From assembly GCA_025454795.1 (NCBI GenBank), contig JALONT010000009.1:8827-72826 (forward strand): DNA of 64,000 bases, in the 5' to 3' direction. This DNA is from Bacteroidales bacterium (GTDB lineage: Bacteria; Bacteroidota; Bacteroidia; Bacteroidales; VadinHA17). Numbering within the stretch: the first letter of the stretch is position 1; each line of letters begins with the position of its first letter. The translations under genes were made by a program, and so were the position numbers. The notes under the pieces were generated by a model, which saw only the letters and a program-made list of their open reading frames with translations, searched no databases and was not told the origin of the DNA. Below, piece by piece: positions 62,985 through 64,000 of this stretch.

Positions 62985-63110
62985 AACAAATATAGTAATA
63001 ATGGCACAATCCACCTTCGCTAAAGCTGCGGTGGACGAAGGGCGCAACGGGGCAGGAGAAAAGCGGCGCAATGGAGCAACGGTGCAATGGCAAAGTGGCA
63101 CTATGTTCCA
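62985..63110. repeat. GC-rich 8-periodic word cluster (GCAACGG/GCAATGG/GCAAAGTGG) with local hairpins
   Basis: Read directly: ...ggcgcaacgg ggcaggag...gcggcgcaatgg agcaacgg tgcaatgg caaagtgg cac. Its reverse complement contains TTGCGCC-type words shared with the arrays at 12.07, 21.29 and 36.4 kb. Confidence 0.7.
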
Positions 63111-63168
63111 GGGACAAAATTGTTAATCTGGTATAATTATTAGAATCTTCTGTAAACATTTACCGGAT

Positions 63169-64000
63169 CTAAATGTCAATTACAAGATCCTTTGTTTTAA
63201 TTTTTGCGGGTGTAAATATACCAATCACACCTTTCAGCCCGACACTCATTACAATATTATAGAAGAATGCTATGAATCCTGTTAAAATTAATGTCCCGGA
63301 TAATGCTGCAAGGATCATATAAATATTGAACTCTCCATTTATATATAAGGATCTCCTGAGCATACCGTTCAACCCGGCCATCCCCATAAAGGCACCCATG
63401 CCGATTCCACCAATAAGATGACACCAGAAATGTATGTTCACCAGTTTCTGACTATACATCTTTGCATTATTGGTCAGTACAGGGAAGAGGATGTAAATAG
63501 CTGAATAAAGGGTCATTGTAAGTCCGACAAGAATAGCAACATGCACATGGGGTCCAACAACCCACTGAGTATTGTGAAGTATCCTGTTCAGACCTACGTC
63601 AGCCTGCATAATACCGGCTGGTACTGCAAGGGCAAATCCGAGTAATCCGCCGAGCAGGAATTTAAGCGGATTTGTCATTTTCAGGGGACGGGCACTCCAT
63701 AATGTTGCAAGAGCAATAAAGAATGCAAGTCCTTGTGTGATCAGCTCAAAAGCTGTTACCATTTCTCCGGAGAGTACTTTCAGCATATTTGGTTGTGCCT
63801 GGTCTGATAGCAGATGATGTGACCAGACTGTCCATGAAACGATAAGTTCGACAAGTAGTGCAGCCCTTGCAATGTTCTGCATAAAAAGAGGTTTGCCGCT
63901 TATCATGGTTGCAAGCAGATACCAGGTACCTGCGACAAAAATCAATACGAGTCCATCTGCAATAAGGTCAAGACCCCACCAGAACCAGTTTTTATAAAGG
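63169..64000 (-). CDS. Heme-copper oxidase superfamily subunit I, C-terminal part (5' end beyond the right window edge)
   Basis: The WSHHLL (CuB His pair) and LHNTQWVVGPHVHV (heme ligand His-x-His) motifs sit in a polytopic protein. The frame stays open upstream of the ORF-track TTG to position 64000 (...LYKNWFWWGLDLIADGLVL). Confidence 0.65.
   Translation of the reverse strand, partial: LYKNWFWWGLDLIADGLVLIFVAGTWYLLATMISGKPLFMQNIARAALLVELIVSWTVWSHHLLSDQAQPNMLKVLSGEMVTAFELITQGLAFFIALATLWSARPLKMTNPLKFLLGGLLGFALAVPAGIMQADVGLNRILHNTQWVVGPHVHVAILVGLTMTLYSAIYILFPVLTNNAKMYSQKLVNIHFWCHLIGGIGMGAFMGMAGLNGMLRRSLYINGEFNIYMILAALSGTLILTGFIAFFYNIVMSVGLKGVIGIFTPAKIKTKDLVIDI

Noticed and set aside
2967-63110. 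The tandem arrays as possible CRISPR loci
   Set aside because: The units are 7-10 nt, directly adjacent with no unique spacers, and no cas genes are present. They are micro/minisatellite-like arrays, not CRISPR.

Overview
This is a chromosomal segment of about 38-40% GC from what looks like an anaerobic, polysaccharide-degrading member of the Bacteroidota. The taxon guess rests on a TonB-dependent receptor, a DUF3127 protein, TAnnTTTG-type promoter boxes, absent Shine-Dalgarno sites and a hexuronate/pectin gene set. I saw no rRNA, tRNA, CRISPR, transposase or integrase. The window has four parts. (1) 1-12 kb holds housekeeping and envelope genes: two PPIases, an MnmC-like methyltransferase, a TonB-dependent receptor coupled to a TPR/PP2C phosphatase, and tkt. 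(2) 12.1-32 kb is a hydrogen-metabolism block. It contains a 19-gene minus-strand operon that joins a genuine group-4 [NiFe] hydrogenase core to a complete Mrp antiporter module, a HycB-like ferredoxin, a stand-alone cNMP-domain protein and a HydB/HydG (AsrA/AsrB)-type NAD(P)H module. This operon is transcribed divergently from rex-hypFCDEAB, and Rex boxes sit on both sides of the shared promoter region. This is the best candidate for an undescribed system: an NAD(P)H-linked, ion-translocating hydrogenase. (3) 32.8-36.3 kb encodes a trimeric [FeFe] hydrogenase, HydCBA. Its HydB is only NuoF-length, and its HydA H-cluster motif reads TSCSPGW instead of TSCCPxW. (4) 37-64 kb holds dinB, mqnA, purB, an MsbA-like ABC exporter and a pectin/hexuronate locus (GH35, GH105, uxaE, uxaC, kduI, kduD, two ExuT-like MFS transporters and a LacI regulator). 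That locus also carries gnd, a LarA-like (DUF2088) protein, a Gfo/Idh/MocA oxidoreductase and a HAD hydrolase. A pervasive non-coding feature is that at least 14 intergenic spacers, including two inside the hydrogenase operon, are filled with short-unit tandem arrays, mostly of 7-nt period. These arrays are often arranged as inverted partners and share recurring words.
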